From Acidobacteriota bacterium (GTDB taxonomy: Bacteria > Acidobacteriota > Polarisedimenticolia > JBFMGF01): DNA of 64,000 nt. Position 1 is the stretch's first letter. Each line of letters opens with the position of its first letter. The stretch lies in NCBI GenBank assembly GCA_040752675.1, contig JBFMGF010000061.1, forward strand, positions 2,105 through 66,104, read 5' to 3'. Below are positions 63,911 to 64,000 of this stretch, piece by piece. The notes under the pieces are model-generated. The model saw only the letters and a list, made by a program, of their open reading frames with translations, was not told the origin of the DNA and did not search any database. The translations under genes were made by a program, and so were the position numbers.

Positions 63911-64000
63911 ACTCATCGTTGCTCCCGATTGCCCGAATGCGAAAGCTGCAAGAGAACAACTGCTGCGGGCGTTCACTGATGCCGGACTTTCTCCTCAATG
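63897..64000 (+). CDS. Partial ORF, possibly a thioredoxin/glutaredoxin-like small protein (runs off the window)
   Basis: My translation is MLTVELIVAPDCPNAKAAREQLLRAFTDAGLSPQ.... The ATG overlaps the merR end. Only 34 codons are visible. Confidence 0.3.
   Translation, partial: MLTVELIVAPDCPNAKAAREQLLRAFTDAGLSPQ

Overview
Bacterial chromosomal window centred on the replication origin; I cannot assign a taxon from sequence alone. From about 40.2 kb, rpmH-rnpA-yidD-yidC-jag-mnmE-mnmG-rsmG-parA-parB-bactofilin-atpHAGDC and further housekeeping genes (mfd, dusB, pdxA) run leftward on the minus strand. dnaA-dnaN-gyrB-gyrA-tal, an acyl-CoA carboxylase set, and rpsU-dnaG-rpoD run rightward on the plus strand. 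A perfect parS palindrome lies at 33.04 kb, and an AT-rich dnaA-dnaN spacer with DnaA-box-like 9-mers is the likely oriC. Three non-core patches stand out. (1) 9.7-13.4 kb is a block inserted into the dprA-topA-xerC neighbourhood. Its genes are separated by attC-like structured repeats, so it resembles an integron cassette array without an IntI integrase. Cargo is a VOC protein, a small membrane protein, a decayed DUF4160/DUF2442 pair, a GT2-HAD fusion and a DUF4258/DUF2283 toxin-antitoxin pair. (2) 59.5-64 kb starts with a tRNA(CAU) gene truncated after the anticodon arm. It is followed by phased direct repeats, an internally deleted IS with perfect 29-bp inverted repeats, an ECF sigma/anti-sigma/orphan secreted protein trio and a MerR-type regulator. 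(3) 0-5.8 kb is an exopolysaccharide-type periplasm/outer-membrane module (TPR-glycosidase-like protein, TPR-porin, CheY-like receiver, HEAT-repeat membrane protein). A GC-rich, structured roughly 230-nt transcribed leader or ncRNA candidate with a consensus promoter precedes atpH. All calls come from reading the sequence and the supplied translations; no database search or folding program was run.
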